Virus record (IMG/VR): IMGVR_UViG_3300023170_004399
Span: 96,001-160,000 of that record
Length of the DNA stretch: 64,000 nucleotides
Origin: a virus
Lineage: Duplodnaviria; Caudoviricetes
Reading direction: 5' to 3' (one strand)
Shown: in pieces, positions 20,655 to 30,457 of the stretch
Layout: every line of letters starts with the position of its first letter
Position numbering within the stretch: position 1 is the stretch's first letter
Position numbers and translations under genes: made by a program
Notes under the pieces: model-generated
The model's database searches: none
What the model was told of the DNA's origin: nothing
Seen by the model: the letters and a program-made list of their open reading frames with translations, nothing else

Positions 20655-23157
20655 TGGCCGGGAAAACAAATTTAACAGCAACATTATTTGCGCAGAAAAA
20701 GCTTCTGAACAAATCTCATACTGGGGTTAATGCTTCTGATGCACAAGAAACTATCCCATCAGCGGTTCAGGTTTCTGCGCAGACTATTTTTGCAGAAGAC
20801 ATACCAACAAATCCTGCAAAAACTCTGTATCTTTTGCAAAGTGCTTCAGCTGGTTTAAATGCAACCGTTGAATATGTACAATTTGATTTAGAAGCAATAT
20901 CAGGTACTGCTTATGACGCAAATGATTATGATTCTGATGCATCAGCGCAATCTCCTGGTACTCATGCCTATCAATTATATTTGACCGGAGACTATACTAG
21001 CTTAACTTCAAACACCAAGGCTGGGAATGGTACTTTTGACAATTCAAGATTACTTTGGGAAACCCTGGGTGCATTACAAATTGTACCACAAAGTTTTTCT
21101 GAGCTAGCGCCTAATCCATACAGATTAGACTTATTTGACCAAAATGGCAATACTATTGACCCGCTAGCTGAATTAGATTGGTCTATTGATACATATAGTG
21201 GAATTTTATTTGTACAAGATTATGATGCTAGCAAAATACCAACAACTGCTCGAGCTTTTATATATGTTGGTCAAATGCTTTCAGAAAGTCTTGGTTCCGG
21301 TGGGGGCGGTGGAGGCTCAGGTGATATCACAGCTGTCACTGCAGGAAACGGCTTAACTGGTGGAGGTACATCAGGTGCAGTTACATTAAATGTTGGTGCC
21401 GGTACTGGTATAACTGTAAATGCTAATGATATACAAATCGACGACTCCGCTGTTGCGACTTTAACTGGTTCAATATTTTCTGGCACTGTACAGGCGCCAG
21501 CATTGTCTGGCTCTCTGACGCACTTGGAAGATGGTACATCATATTTGATAGCAGGGAACAATATAACAATTGTTACTGGATCAAACGGATCTGTTACTAT
21601 TTCTTCAACTGCTAGTGGTGGCGGAGGCGGTGGAAGCGGTGAAAATGATGCAGAATACGTATTAACAACTGCAACTGGATCATTGACAAATGCTAAAGTT
21701 ATAGAAGCTGGAGCAGGTATATCATTAACTACAGGGTCAAACTCTTTAACAATATCCGCAGATATATCTGCTATTAATGGCAGAAGTAAGGTCACATATT
21801 ACTTAACTGGCACTCATAGCGCTTACAATCCTTTAGATATATCAGGGGTTAATTTTTCTGATGCTGGTTATGATTCTAATAAGATAGACGTGTCATTTAA
21901 TGGTCAGTTGTTACACACAGGTTCCAGTGCATTGGTCAATTCTAGTGATAGAGACTATTATCTTTCTGGTACTGGCAGTATTGTGTTTGGATTTGATTTA
22001 GTGCAAGATGATATCATTGATACTGTTATAAGTGTAGTTGGAGGGGGAACAAATAATCAAGGCGGAGAAACTGCAGCTAGTTATCTAGTTTTGTCAAACA
22101 CAGGTTCATTATCTAATGAGAGAGCTTTTGTTGCTAGTACTGGTTTGTCATTTACTGATGGCGGTTCTAATGGTAATTATACACTATCGATAGATGACAG
22201 CGTTGTTGTTACACTTACTAGCTCTGCAGTTTTTTCTAACGGGATATCCGGATCCCTAACACAATTAGAAGATGGTTCGAGTTACTTGGTTGCTGGTGAA
22301 GGAATTTCAATAGTTAGTGGGAGTAATGGTCAAGTTACTATTTCTTCTAGCGGAAACGCTGTAGTAACTAAATGCGTATATAACATTACTGCATCTATAT
22401 CTTCTGGTTCAGCTTTAAGTACTGCACAATCAGATTTTCAATCAGCAGGATACAAACCTAGTCTAATAGACGTTTTTTTCAATGGCGTACTAGCGATGTC
22501 AGGTACAGATACACAGGTAGGAGACGCAGCTGCAGATTATTTTTTATTTACCGACAATGAAATTAAATTTGGGACTAATCTAGAAGAAGGCGATACAGTA
22601 ACCGTTATTACAACAACTACTGGGTCTAACAATTTATCTGCTGGCAGTTGTGGTGAAGGTGGCGAAGTATACACTGCGGGTGTCGGGTTAAATTTGACTG
22701 CTAATCAGTTTAGTATCGATAACACTGTAGTCGCAACTCTAACCGGTTCACAGTTTAGTGGAAACGTAGGGGTAACTGGGTCTCTCGAGACGACCAGTTA
22801 TATGAGCAGTTCAATGTTTAAAGCTGCTATATTGTCGGGATCCTTAACAACCTTAGAAGACGGTAGTGCTTACTTAGTTGCTAGTGATAACATAACTATA
22901 ACAACAGCTTCTTTAGGGCAAATATATATATCATCGACTGATACTGATACTACGTATACAGCTGGCACAGGGTTAAATTTATCTTCGACTGAATTTGAAA
23001 TTGATGATTCTGTCGTAGTTACTCTCACGTCATCCGCAAATTTTTCAAATGGGTTAAGCGGTTCTTTAACACAGTTGACTGACGGTTCTTCTTATCTTAT
23101 TGCAGGTTCTAATGTAACAATTACATCCGCTTCAAACGGAGCAATAACAATTGCATC
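14502..23157 (+). repeat. Dispersed protein-level repeat (about 32 aa, 8 copies) shared by the 2135-aa and 1094-aa genes
   Basis: Copies near 14502, 15655 (partial), 15992, 16819, 21503, 22243, 22831, 23053; amino acids conserved, synonymous positions diverged. Confidence 0.85.
17235..20654 (+). repeat. Tandem intragenic duplication, period about 567 aa
   Basis: LSFGASND at 17235 and 18936 (1701 nt apart); paired YPANSF, TADQxNGxNY, EWVNDD, SGVxYF, VSNAY, GNPDYS motifs. Confidence 0.85.
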
Positions 23158-23938
23158 TACAGGTGGCGGCACCACTTATACAGCTGGGGATGGCTTATCT
23201 TTAGTAGGCACGGAATTTTCTATTACTAGCAGCATTGCCGGATCAGGCCTTACAGAATCTAGCGGTGTTCTCTCAGTTGTTAATGGGACAAACGGTGGTC
23301 TTTTTGTCGATACAAACAGCGTTAGCTTAAATCTAGCCAATCTTGCTGAGGCTGTAGTTGATGTTGCTAGTGACTCAATAGCTATTATTGATGCGGATGG
23401 TTTCACAACAAGGAGGGAAACAATAGCTGATTTGATCGATGCAGCTGCCGGTACCGGAATAAACGCAGCATCCGGTGTGTTTAGCATTGATGATTCTGTT
23501 GTAGCTACTATATCCGGATCTCAATTTTTTGGTAATGTTGGAATTACCGGATCTTTAGGCGTTGAAAGTACAACAATTTTTAACGGTGGTATTCACGAAA
23601 ACTTTGAAACAAAATCAGCAGCAACAGGTGTTGTAACGCACGATTGTAGTACCGGTCATATCTTTTTCCATTCTGGTTCAACTTCAAACTTTACAGCTAA
23701 CTTTACAAATCTTAATTTAGCTACTGCTTTTGCAACCAACTTGACGCTTTTAGTTACTCAAAGTGCAACAGCATATATTCCATCTGCAGTTCAGATTGAA
23801 GGTTCGGCACAAACACTAATGTGGCAGGGCGGATCTGCGCCGTCTGGAACATCCAATGGTCAAGATGTGATATCATTTAGTATACTTAACAATTCTGGAT
23901 CTTACGTTGTATTGGGTCAATTGGTAGGATTTGGATAA
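20654..23938 (+). CDS. Fibre-like virion protein (1094 aa)
   Basis: Same repeat modules as the upstream gene; C-terminal domain (WQGGSAPSGTSNGQDVISF) typical of phage fibre tips; TAATG coupling. Confidence 0.75.
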   Translation: MAGKTNLTATLFAQKKLLNKSHTGVNASDAQETIPSAVQVSAQTIFAEDIPTNPAKTLYLLQSASAGLNATVEYVQFDLEAISGTAYDANDYDSDASAQSPGTHAYQLYLTGDYTSLTSNTKAGNGTFDNSRLLWETLGALQIVPQSFSELAPNPYRLDLFDQNGNTIDPLAELDWSIDTYSGILFVQDYDASKIPTTARAFIYVGQMLSESLGSGGGGGGSGDITAVTAGNGLTGGGTSGAVTLNVGAGTGITVNANDIQIDDSAVATLTGSIFSGTVQAPALSGSLTHLEDGTSYLIAGNNITIVTGSNGSVTISSTASGGGGGGSGENDAEYVLTTATGSLTNAKVIEAGAGISLTTGSNSLTISADISAINGRSKVTYYLTGTHSAYNPLDISGVNFSDAGYDSNKIDVSFNGQLLHTGSSALVNSSDRDYYLSGTGSIVFGFDLVQDDIIDTVISVVGGGTNNQGGETAASYLVLSNTGSLSNERAFVASTGLSFTDGGSNGNYTLSIDDSVVVTLTSSAVFSNGISGSLTQLEDGSSYLVAGEGISIVSGSNGQVTISSSGNAVVTKCVYNITASISSGSALSTAQSDFQSAGYKPSLIDVFFNGVLAMSGTDTQVGDAAADYFLFTDNEIKFGTNLEEGDTVTVITTTTGSNNLSAGSCGEGGEVYTAGVGLNLTANQFSIDNTVVATLTGSQFSGNVGVTGSLETTSYMSSSMFKAAILSGSLTTLEDGSAYLVASDNITITTASLGQIYISSTDTDTTYTAGTGLNLSSTEFEIDDSVVVTLTSSANFSNGLSGSLTQLTDGSSYLIAGSNVTITSASNGAITIASTGGGTTYTAGDGLSLVGTEFSITSSIAGSGLTESSGVLSVVNGTNGGLFVDTNSVSLNLANLAEAVVDVASDSIAIIDADGFTTRRETIADLIDAAAGTGINAASGVFSIDDSVVATISGSQFFGNVGITGSLGVESTTIFNGGIHENFETKSAATGVVTHDCSTGHIFFHSGSTSNFTANFTNLNLATAFATNLTLLVTQSATAYIPSAVQIEGSAQTLMWQGGSAPSGTSNGQDVISFSILNNSGSYVVLGQLVGFG

Positions 23939-24786
23939 TGTTTAGTTCGTTTACAAGATCGTTTCGTGCTGGTAGAAGACCTCTTGTATCTTCTGGCACA
24001 GCTTGGTCTCCAAGTACGGATATCACACCAGTAGCATGGTTTGATGCATCTGACACTGAAAATTATACTACGAGTGGCACAACATTAACTAGTGTTACTG
24101 ACAAGGCTGGTACATATACTATGAATATTATCAACAATCCGACCGTTGTTGATAATGCGCTTAATGGATATTCTGTATTTGATTTTAATGGTTCTGCGTC
24201 ACTTATAAGCGACTCATTTGAAGCTCAGGTTGATGGTAACGGAAATCATTGGGCAATAGGTTTATTTCTGGCAGATACGGTTGATCACACTAGAGATAGT
24301 TTTTGGTCTTATCAAACAAATCAATCGCCTAAAAGAGATTACGCAATTTCATCGGCGGCTGATGATAATACATGGCCCGGAGAATTAGACTTAGATGCAT
24401 TGTCTTCAAATAGAATATCTTCTACTATAGGTAATAAGGAGAGTTTTGATTCATCATTAAGCGTGGATAATTGGCATATAGTAGTAGCAATTTTTAACAA
24501 AACTGGTAATCAAATTTCTGTAAGGGTAGATGGTGCTAATGCTTTCACTCCAGTTAACGATTATGATAATTCACTGTCAACAAATCAGGATTTAAGGATT
24601 ATGAGAAACAGAGCAAATAGAAGACTAGATGGTCAATTTGCAGAATTTTTTGCAGTCGCTGATCTTCCAGGTACCGGTGGCACAGATATCACAGACGTTG
24701 AAAAAGCAGAAGGTTATCTAGCTCATAAGTGGGGCGTCACTTCCGTTTTGCCTAGTGATCACCCATATAAAAATGACCAGCCATAA
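23938..24786 (+). CDS. ConA/LamG-like lectin protein, probable receptor-binding partner of the fibre
   Basis: VAWFDASD..TDKAG..VFDFNG..WHIVVA..LDGQFAEF..EGYLAHKWG pattern; TAATG-coupled to the fibre gene. Confidence 0.65.
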   Translation: MFSSFTRSFRAGRRPLVSSGTAWSPSTDITPVAWFDASDTENYTTSGTTLTSVTDKAGTYTMNIINNPTVVDNALNGYSVFDFNGSASLISDSFEAQVDGNGNHWAIGLFLADTVDHTRDSFWSYQTNQSPKRDYAISSAADDNTWPGELDLDALSSNRISSTIGNKESFDSSLSVDNWHIVVAIFNKTGNQISVRVDGANAFTPVNDYDNSLSTNQDLRIMRNRANRRLDGQFAEFFAVADLPGTGGTDITDVEKAEGYLAHKWGVTSVLPSDHPYKNDQP

Positions 24787-24830
24787 ATAAAATTAAAAAT
24801 GCAAATCAACAGATATTATAATATTATTGT

Positions 24831-24837
24831 ATAATTA
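24831..24837 (+). promoter_or_regulatory. Candidate late promoter ATAATTA
   Basis: 31 nt before ATG 24862. Confidence 0.4.
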
Positions 24838-24861
24838 GTTATATTACAAATGAGAGATTAA

Positions 24862-25083
24862 ATGAAAACATATAAAACATCAGATCTATCAATCGCTGCA
24901 TATATAATGATGAAAGGCATGAAGCTAATTAACGCGAATAGATCCAGCTCAGGCCAGTTTCAATTTGAGTTTGAAGACCCTAATGATTTAGGTACCAAAT
25001 ATGCAATTGAGTTTACTAGTAGCGACTGTGCTGTTTATGATAATCATGTAAGAAATTTAAAAAAAATATTATATAGAAATTAA
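24862..25083 (+). CDS. Small protein resembling DUF5659
   Basis: YKTSDLSIAAYIMMKGMKL...FQFEF matches my recollection of the DUF5659 pattern (TxDLxLAAxL..G..L..F.F). Confidence 0.5.
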   Translation: MKTYKTSDLSIAAYIMMKGMKLINANRSSSGQFQFEFEDPNDLGTKYAIEFTSSDCAVYDNHVRNLKKILYRN

Positions 25084-25225
25084 TTGACATTGTTTTTTTC
25101 AACATACTTAGTATAAACAGTTAAGAAGGGAAAGCAAAGGTCTCTAGTTAGGTTAGTAAGTAGTTAGGTATTATTCGAATAAAACAAAACTTAAACATAT
25201 TATATAACTTAAATGGAGATTTTTT

Positions 25226-26878
25226 ATGGCTATAAAAACTCAAATGAGATTGCCTCAAATCACTGGTTCTTTTGGAACAAACGCTGGGCGAATTAACGAA
25301 AATATTACCGCCGCAGAAAAAAACGATATTAATGCGACTGACTTGTCAGTTATACTTTCACATATGGCTGCAGGTATTAAGAGAATTCACGGTAAAGCTG
25401 ATTTTTCTAATGCTGCTGCTGGTACTTTTCATCAAAATTTAGTACCTGATGCAGATGGTACACGTGATTTTGGTTCATCAACTTTAGATTGGAACAATAT
25501 ATATGCTGCTACTGGTAGTTTCTCAAGTAACGTTACAATTGAAGGAAACTTGACAGTTAACGGTACAACAACAACTATCGATACCGTAAATACAACAATC
25601 CAAGATACACTTATTGCATTAAACTCTGGGTCTGATGGATTTGGTACATCAAATAATGACGTTGGTATCTTGTTTTCATCACCGACAGTAGGGGGACAGT
25701 CTTCTGCATTGTTTATTGATGAAAGTGATCCAAATGATGTGTTTGTATTTTCAAAAACTTGGACATCTGCAAGTGCGACACAAATTTCTTATGCTACATC
25801 TGATTTAGCAACAGTTAGATTGGGTAAATTAGAAGTTGAAGATGCGGGCGACTCTATATCTATTGACTCAAGCAATTTGTTAATTGCTGCAGCTGCAAAA
25901 GGTATTTTATCTGGTTCTACTGGTGTTGATATTGGCGTTGATAATGGAAGTGATGTAGCTATCCAAATTGGTGGATCAGATCATATCGTGATATCGGCTG
26001 AAAATAGTGATGGTCAAATCAGAGTTGAAGGAACCGCTGCCTTAATTCTTTCTGGTACAAACGGAACAGTACTTGGTGGTGATAACGGTGCTCAGGTCGA
26101 CATCCAATTGGCTGGATCAAGTATCGGTACGATTAATCAAACAAGCGGCAATTTTACACTTTCCGGATCAGATGGCACAGCTATACTTTTGGATTCACCT
26201 TTGGGATCTTTTACATTTGCTCGAGATTTAGCTAATAACAATGCTAGAGGTATTCAAGCACTAGTTGGGGCTGGCGAATTTAATTTTGTTAACGTCGATG
26301 CAATTGATGCTAACAATGCTGGCTTTAAGTTTGCCTTAAGTAACAATTTTCAAGAGCAAAGATTAGAAATGTCTGGTGCTGTCAGATTCTTAGAAGACAG
26401 CAACGGTGGAAACTTTGTCAACTTACGTGCACAAGACAGTATAGACAACAATTTTCAACTTTTACTTCCTAATGTACAAGGTTCTGCAGGAGAGGTATTG
26501 AAAATTGATAGTGTTGCTACTGTTGATGGTCTAAGTACTGCAACTCTAGCATTTGCTGCTGCTGGTGGTGCTGCTAACTCTTCAAAGAATGCTTTCACAG
26601 TTACAGCTAGTATGAATGCTGGGAATGTTTTGAGTAATGATGCAAATGGTGGTACTAAGTTTGATGTAAGTGCTGTATCTTCTGCAAACGCCGCAAATGC
26701 TATTGACGTATACTTGAATGGTCAGCTTTTGGTTTCTAGTTCTGACGCATATGTTGGTTACAACGCTTCATCAACTGGTGACTATGTAATGGATCATACC
26801 TCTATGTCTACAGCTGATTTTAAATTTAGTTTTGGACTGGAAAATGATGATATTGTACAGATCATTGTAAGAGCATAA
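25226..26878 (+). CDS. Fibre-like virion protein (550 aa)
   Basis: LVPDADGTRDFGSSTLDW and GNLTVNGTTTTIDTVNTTIQD are common phage fibre motifs; GGAG RBS; own terminator. Confidence 0.75.
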   Translation: MAIKTQMRLPQITGSFGTNAGRINENITAAEKNDINATDLSVILSHMAAGIKRIHGKADFSNAAAGTFHQNLVPDADGTRDFGSSTLDWNNIYAATGSFSSNVTIEGNLTVNGTTTTIDTVNTTIQDTLIALNSGSDGFGTSNNDVGILFSSPTVGGQSSALFIDESDPNDVFVFSKTWTSASATQISYATSDLATVRLGKLEVEDAGDSISIDSSNLLIAAAAKGILSGSTGVDIGVDNGSDVAIQIGGSDHIVISAENSDGQIRVEGTAALILSGTNGTVLGGDNGAQVDIQLAGSSIGTINQTSGNFTLSGSDGTAILLDSPLGSFTFARDLANNNARGIQALVGAGEFNFVNVDAIDANNAGFKFALSNNFQEQRLEMSGAVRFLEDSNGGNFVNLRAQDSIDNNFQLLLPNVQGSAGEVLKIDSVATVDGLSTATLAFAAAGGAANSSKNAFTVTASMNAGNVLSNDANGGTKFDVSAVSSANAANAIDVYLNGQLLVSSSDAYVGYNASSTGDYVMDHTSMSTADFKFSFGLENDDIVQIIVRA

Positions 26879-26907
26879 TTTTTTATAAAAATTATTAAAA
26901 AGTATGG

Positions 26908-26937
26908 AATGAGGTGTTTACGCACCTCATTTTTTTT
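26908..26937 (+). terminator. Rho-independent terminator
   Basis: AATGAGGTG-TTTACG-CACCTCATT hairpin ending in a T8 run, 30 nt after the 550-aa stop. Confidence 0.85.
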
Positions 26938-26971
26938 GTATGATTTTTTATTTTAATAGAGAGGGTGACGT

Positions 26972-27301
26972 ATGGATAACGTTAAATTGTTACATGATTC
27001 AATTCAAAAAATAGAAATTTCTCAATCAGAAGAGAATAATGCTGAAAATATTTTAAAAGAAGTATCGAAAAAAGTTTTGCAAATTGCTCAAAGCGGAATT
27101 GGTGCTGCTAACACTAGTGATTCTATCGATAAAAAAATAGAAATCTTGGCTAATTCACTTGGTGATGTTGTTGCAGCTGTTGATGATCGTTTAGCTACGA
27201 TTGTGGAAGTCAATAAAAAATATAAAAATCAGATAGCAATATTGGAAGAGGTGCTCGGTAAACTCGAACAAAGTCAAAAAAAAAATGATGAGAGTGAATA
27301 G
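26972..27301 (+). CDS. Hypothetical coiled-coil protein (109 aa)
   Basis: Heptad-like helical composition; GAGAGGG upstream; ends across an A10 run. Confidence 0.7.
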   Translation: MDNVKLLHDSIQKIEISQSEENNAENILKEVSKKVLQIAQSGIGAANTSDSIDKKIEILANSLGDVVAAVDDRLATIVEVNKKYKNQIAILEEVLGKLEQSQKKNDESE

Positions 27302-27413
27302 AGCTATTGAGTTGAATAGAGACAGACCTAGAAAGCTATATAAATCGCGAGCTGGTGTTGGTGAAAGGCCGGTTAAAATTAGTGATATAAGAAAGATGAA
27401 AGTTGTTAGTTAA
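27285..27413 (+). CDS. Small basic ORF (42 aa) below the ORF-track cutoff
   Basis: MMRVNRAIELNRDRPRKLYKSRAGVGERPVKISDIRKMKVVS*; overlaps the upstream ORF in the +1 frame and fills an otherwise empty gap; no clear RBS. Confidence 0.4.
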   Translation: MMRVNRAIELNRDRPRKLYKSRAGVGERPVKISDIRKMKVVS

Positions 27414-27435
27414 ACACGCAATTTTCATCTTTTGT

Positions 27436-27442
27436 ATAATTA
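27436..27442 (+). promoter_or_regulatory. Candidate late promoter ATAATTA
   Basis: 29 nt before ATG 27465. Confidence 0.4.
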
Positions 27443-27464
27443 AGATCTAGTAGGATTTGTTGTT

Positions 27465-28391
27465 ATGGCTGGTATATTAAATAAAAAACAAAGAATAATG
27501 GATGTTATTATTACGCAAAATGGTAGAAGACAGCTGCGTAATGGTACTTTTAATGTAAAATATATAAGTTATTCTGATAGAGACATAGAGTATATAAGTG
27601 ATGATGGCAAAACTGCTGCTGATGTATCAAACCATATTTCATTTGAAGCCTTTAGTAATGTTTATGATACTATTATACCTGAGATAGATAACATCGATGG
27701 TACGATTAGCTATGAACAAACATCAAATTTTATAATAAAAAATGGATTCTTGTTAAAACAAACAGAAGATGGAAATTTCCCGGTTACTGGTTCAGGTGAT
27801 TTATATGATGCTTCTGAAGAGATATTCAGTAAAAGTCTTGATGCGTTTTATAAACTAGATGCATTAGGCGTTGATGATGAGTTAAGTGGCATTGGTGAGT
27901 TTGCTATAGAAACCAACGGTAATAGATATACGCCAGCAGTTGTCAGCCCTTTAGAGGAAGTTGATGTTTTTAATGCACCGGGTTTGTTGAATGACAATAA
28001 ATTTAGAAACAGTTTAACTCATGCATATATGCCACCGGTATTCAAAGCTTCAAATGGCAGTATGCAAAGCTTCGGCAAATTTAAAAATCTTTTATCTCAA
28101 AACAAGGATCTAGATTTTAACGATTTTTATGAAAAAGAAAAATTGGCAGAGAAAAATTTTACTGCAGTAAAAATAACTAACAATACTAATTATAATGATT
28201 TGTTAGGTCAGGTATTTGAAATTGATACGCAGAATAATGAGCTAAATAAATTAGTGTTGCTAGAAGTTGGATCATTTGGAGATCCATATGGTAACCCTAC
28301 ACATAAGATATATTATGCTGGAAAGCTTTTGTATGATAACAGAGGGTATCAGAAATTTATAAGAATATTTACAATAATTTTTGAGAAATAA
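27465..28391 (+). CDS. Structural protein, N-terminus paralogous to 35628..36341
   Basis: MAGILNKKQRIMDVIITQNGRRQLRNGTFNVKYISYSDRDIEY aligns with MGLLDHSTNNILIDAVLTDAGRKAIADGNFSIQQYAFFDDEIDY. Confidence 0.65.
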   Translation: MAGILNKKQRIMDVIITQNGRRQLRNGTFNVKYISYSDRDIEYISDDGKTAADVSNHISFEAFSNVYDTIIPEIDNIDGTISYEQTSNFIIKNGFLLKQTEDGNFPVTGSGDLYDASEEIFSKSLDAFYKLDALGVDDELSGIGEFAIETNGNRYTPAVVSPLEEVDVFNAPGLLNDNKFRNSLTHAYMPPVFKASNGSMQSFGKFKNLLSQNKDLDFNDFYEKEKLAEKNFTAVKITNNTNYNDLLGQVFEIDTQNNELNKLVLLEVGSFGDPYGNPTHKIYYAGKLLYDNRGYQKFIRIFTIIFEK

Positions 28392-28392
28392 T

Positions 28393-30447
28393 ATGGGCGC
28401 ACCACAATATGGATTAGTCACTGTAGAAGAGTTAATTGAAGAAGCTCGAGAAGAAGGGAACTTAGGCGATCTGCTGTCTGAATTAGAAAGTTTTTTGGGC
28501 ACTATTGACGTAATGGATAAAAAAACCATAGTCGGACAACAAGTGTTAATTGATTTATATAATAAGGTAGTTGAATTTATTTTGGAAAAATATTCTTTAG
28601 ATTTTGATGTCAACTTATCAGAAGGTGTAGGATTACCACCTACATTTACCAATGATAATACTATAGACACATTAGGATTGGCTTACAAAGAATATCAATC
28701 TGAAGGTTATAGCACAGCTGTAAAAAATATATCGACAATCACTAATAGGGAAAGTTTAAAAAAAAGGATTACTGTTAACAAAAATATAGACTTTAATATT
28801 TACTCGTCAATTAATTCTGGGCCTTTTAATTTTACGGAAACTGAGGTTTTAAATTTTTACAATAATAAAGGAACAGCCGTACTAGATTTTAATAAAACAG
28901 ATAGAACTCAAGATATCCGTGTCAGTCCAGTGATTAGTAGAAATTTTAAAACTTTTACAAATTTATCTTCTAACTTTAATCATGAATTACCTTACACGTT
29001 AGGCACACAAACGGAAAGTTTAGACTTCAATATTGGTCCTGGTTTTTTACCAGCAATTAGATTCTCCGGTACCATAAATCAGCTTAGATCAAGCGGCTTA
29101 GAGTTAATTTTTGCCTTTATCGATACTGGCAACAACAATGCTGTAGCGGAACAGTTTGCTGGTGTAGAGTATGAAATATATTTTGTAAAAAACAATAAAA
29201 AATACAAAATTAATCTTCAAAATAAACCATCTCTCCCCTTTGACAAATATGCCGGCGTAAAAATACTAATCGATGATATTCAGAAAGTTTACAACTACAA
29301 TGTAAATCGAACACAAAATATAACATTTGAAATAAACTTTAAAAGATTGCCTAAAACCTATAAGAGACAAGTCTTAAAATGTTTATGGCAAACTGACAGC
29401 AACACTAGTGCGACATTGGCTAAAACAAAATCTGCAGATGGAATTTTAGTAAATTTAGCAAACCCTTGGCTTCCAAATAACATTGATGAATCAAAACTTG
29501 TTGTTGTAAATGAATCTATACTTACATCAATAAAAGACAAAAAAGAACTTTATTTTTTAGACATAAAACAACACGACAAACAAGAAAATATAATTAGGGA
29601 GTTAGGAAGATTTTATATTAATCCTGTTTCGGCAGATGCTAGTACATTGCAGAGTGTAATACAACCTGGAATATTATCTAGTTTTTATGAAAGCTTAAAC
29701 GAAGTTGAAATTGGATACGAACAGTTTTCTTCTTTGCCGGGTGTTACAAACTTTGCTAATTCTACATTTTATTTTAAGCTAGGATCATTTCCTTTATCAC
29801 AGTACTATTATCATAAGCTCAATGATATACCATATTATACGTTAGGTACTAAACTTTATAATCCTTTAAGTTTTGAACACCCATTTACTATTGAGACAAA
29901 AACGCACACGTCAATCCAGGATTTTCAGTTTCTTTTTGATTACGCAACTTACAATGAAACATATATGTTTAATGGGTCTGATATTGAAAATGTAGAAACA
30001 ATTGAAGGTGTAGCTGTAGGTGTCGAAACGGAGTTTGGTATCAATGCTGAGGCAAGTTATTTTGTTGATATGGATAATATCGATGCAGCTGCTGGGGGCA
30101 TACCATTATTAAGATATACTAAATTTGATTTTGTTGCACCTTATAATATATTAAGTATTGATGCGGACTGCGTAATCACCAGTGAAGATTCTACAGTACC
30201 TACCGGTGTAAATAACATATTTAAGTTGCGAATACCAGTTGGGCAAAACAGTGTTACTTTTTACGATTGGAAAGCTGGCGTTATTAGTACTGATAATACT
30301 AATAATAAAGACATTGTTTACGTAGGTGAAATATTGCAAAGCATGAAAGGTACTAAAACTGTAACTTACGAAATAACCATCGTATATGAAACCCCTGAGG
30401 GACAAAAGACATTTTCAGAAACAGTTGAAGTTAATTGGCCTTATTAA
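28393..30447 (+). CDS. Hypothetical protein (684 aa)
   Basis: Long ORF; start moved to ATG 28393 just after the upstream stop; no family recognised. Confidence 0.7.
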   Translation: MGAPQYGLVTVEELIEEAREEGNLGDLLSELESFLGTIDVMDKKTIVGQQVLIDLYNKVVEFILEKYSLDFDVNLSEGVGLPPTFTNDNTIDTLGLAYKEYQSEGYSTAVKNISTITNRESLKKRITVNKNIDFNIYSSINSGPFNFTETEVLNFYNNKGTAVLDFNKTDRTQDIRVSPVISRNFKTFTNLSSNFNHELPYTLGTQTESLDFNIGPGFLPAIRFSGTINQLRSSGLELIFAFIDTGNNNAVAEQFAGVEYEIYFVKNNKKYKINLQNKPSLPFDKYAGVKILIDDIQKVYNYNVNRTQNITFEINFKRLPKTYKRQVLKCLWQTDSNTSATLAKTKSADGILVNLANPWLPNNIDESKLVVVNESILTSIKDKKELYFLDIKQHDKQENIIRELGRFYINPVSADASTLQSVIQPGILSSFYESLNEVEIGYEQFSSLPGVTNFANSTFYFKLGSFPLSQYYYHKLNDIPYYTLGTKLYNPLSFEHPFTIETKTHTSIQDFQFLFDYATYNETYMFNGSDIENVETIEGVAVGVETEFGINAEASYFVDMDNIDAAAGGIPLLRYTKFDFVAPYNILSIDADCVITSEDSTVPTGVNNIFKLRIPVGQNSVTFYDWKAGVISTDNTNNKDIVYVGEILQSMKGTKTVTYEITIVYETPEGQKTFSETVEVNWPY

Positions 30448-30457
30448 GGAATGTTAA

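Noticed and set aside
14502-23157. Diversity-generating retroelement template/variable repeats in fibre genes
   Set aside because: Copies differ at synonymous positions of all bases, not only adenines; all are coding; no reverse transcriptase in the window.
14534-23487. Long minus-strand ORFs (e.g. 14864-15643, 16499-17050, 21271-21795)
   Set aside because: Antisense shadows of Gly/Ser/Thr-rich fibre genes: Pro/Val/Ala-rich, no RBS, fully inside strong + strand genes.
25084-25117. Sigma70-type promoter (TTGACA at 25084)
   Set aside because: No good -10 hexamer at 16-18 nt spacing; the nearby ATACTTA fits the phage motif better.
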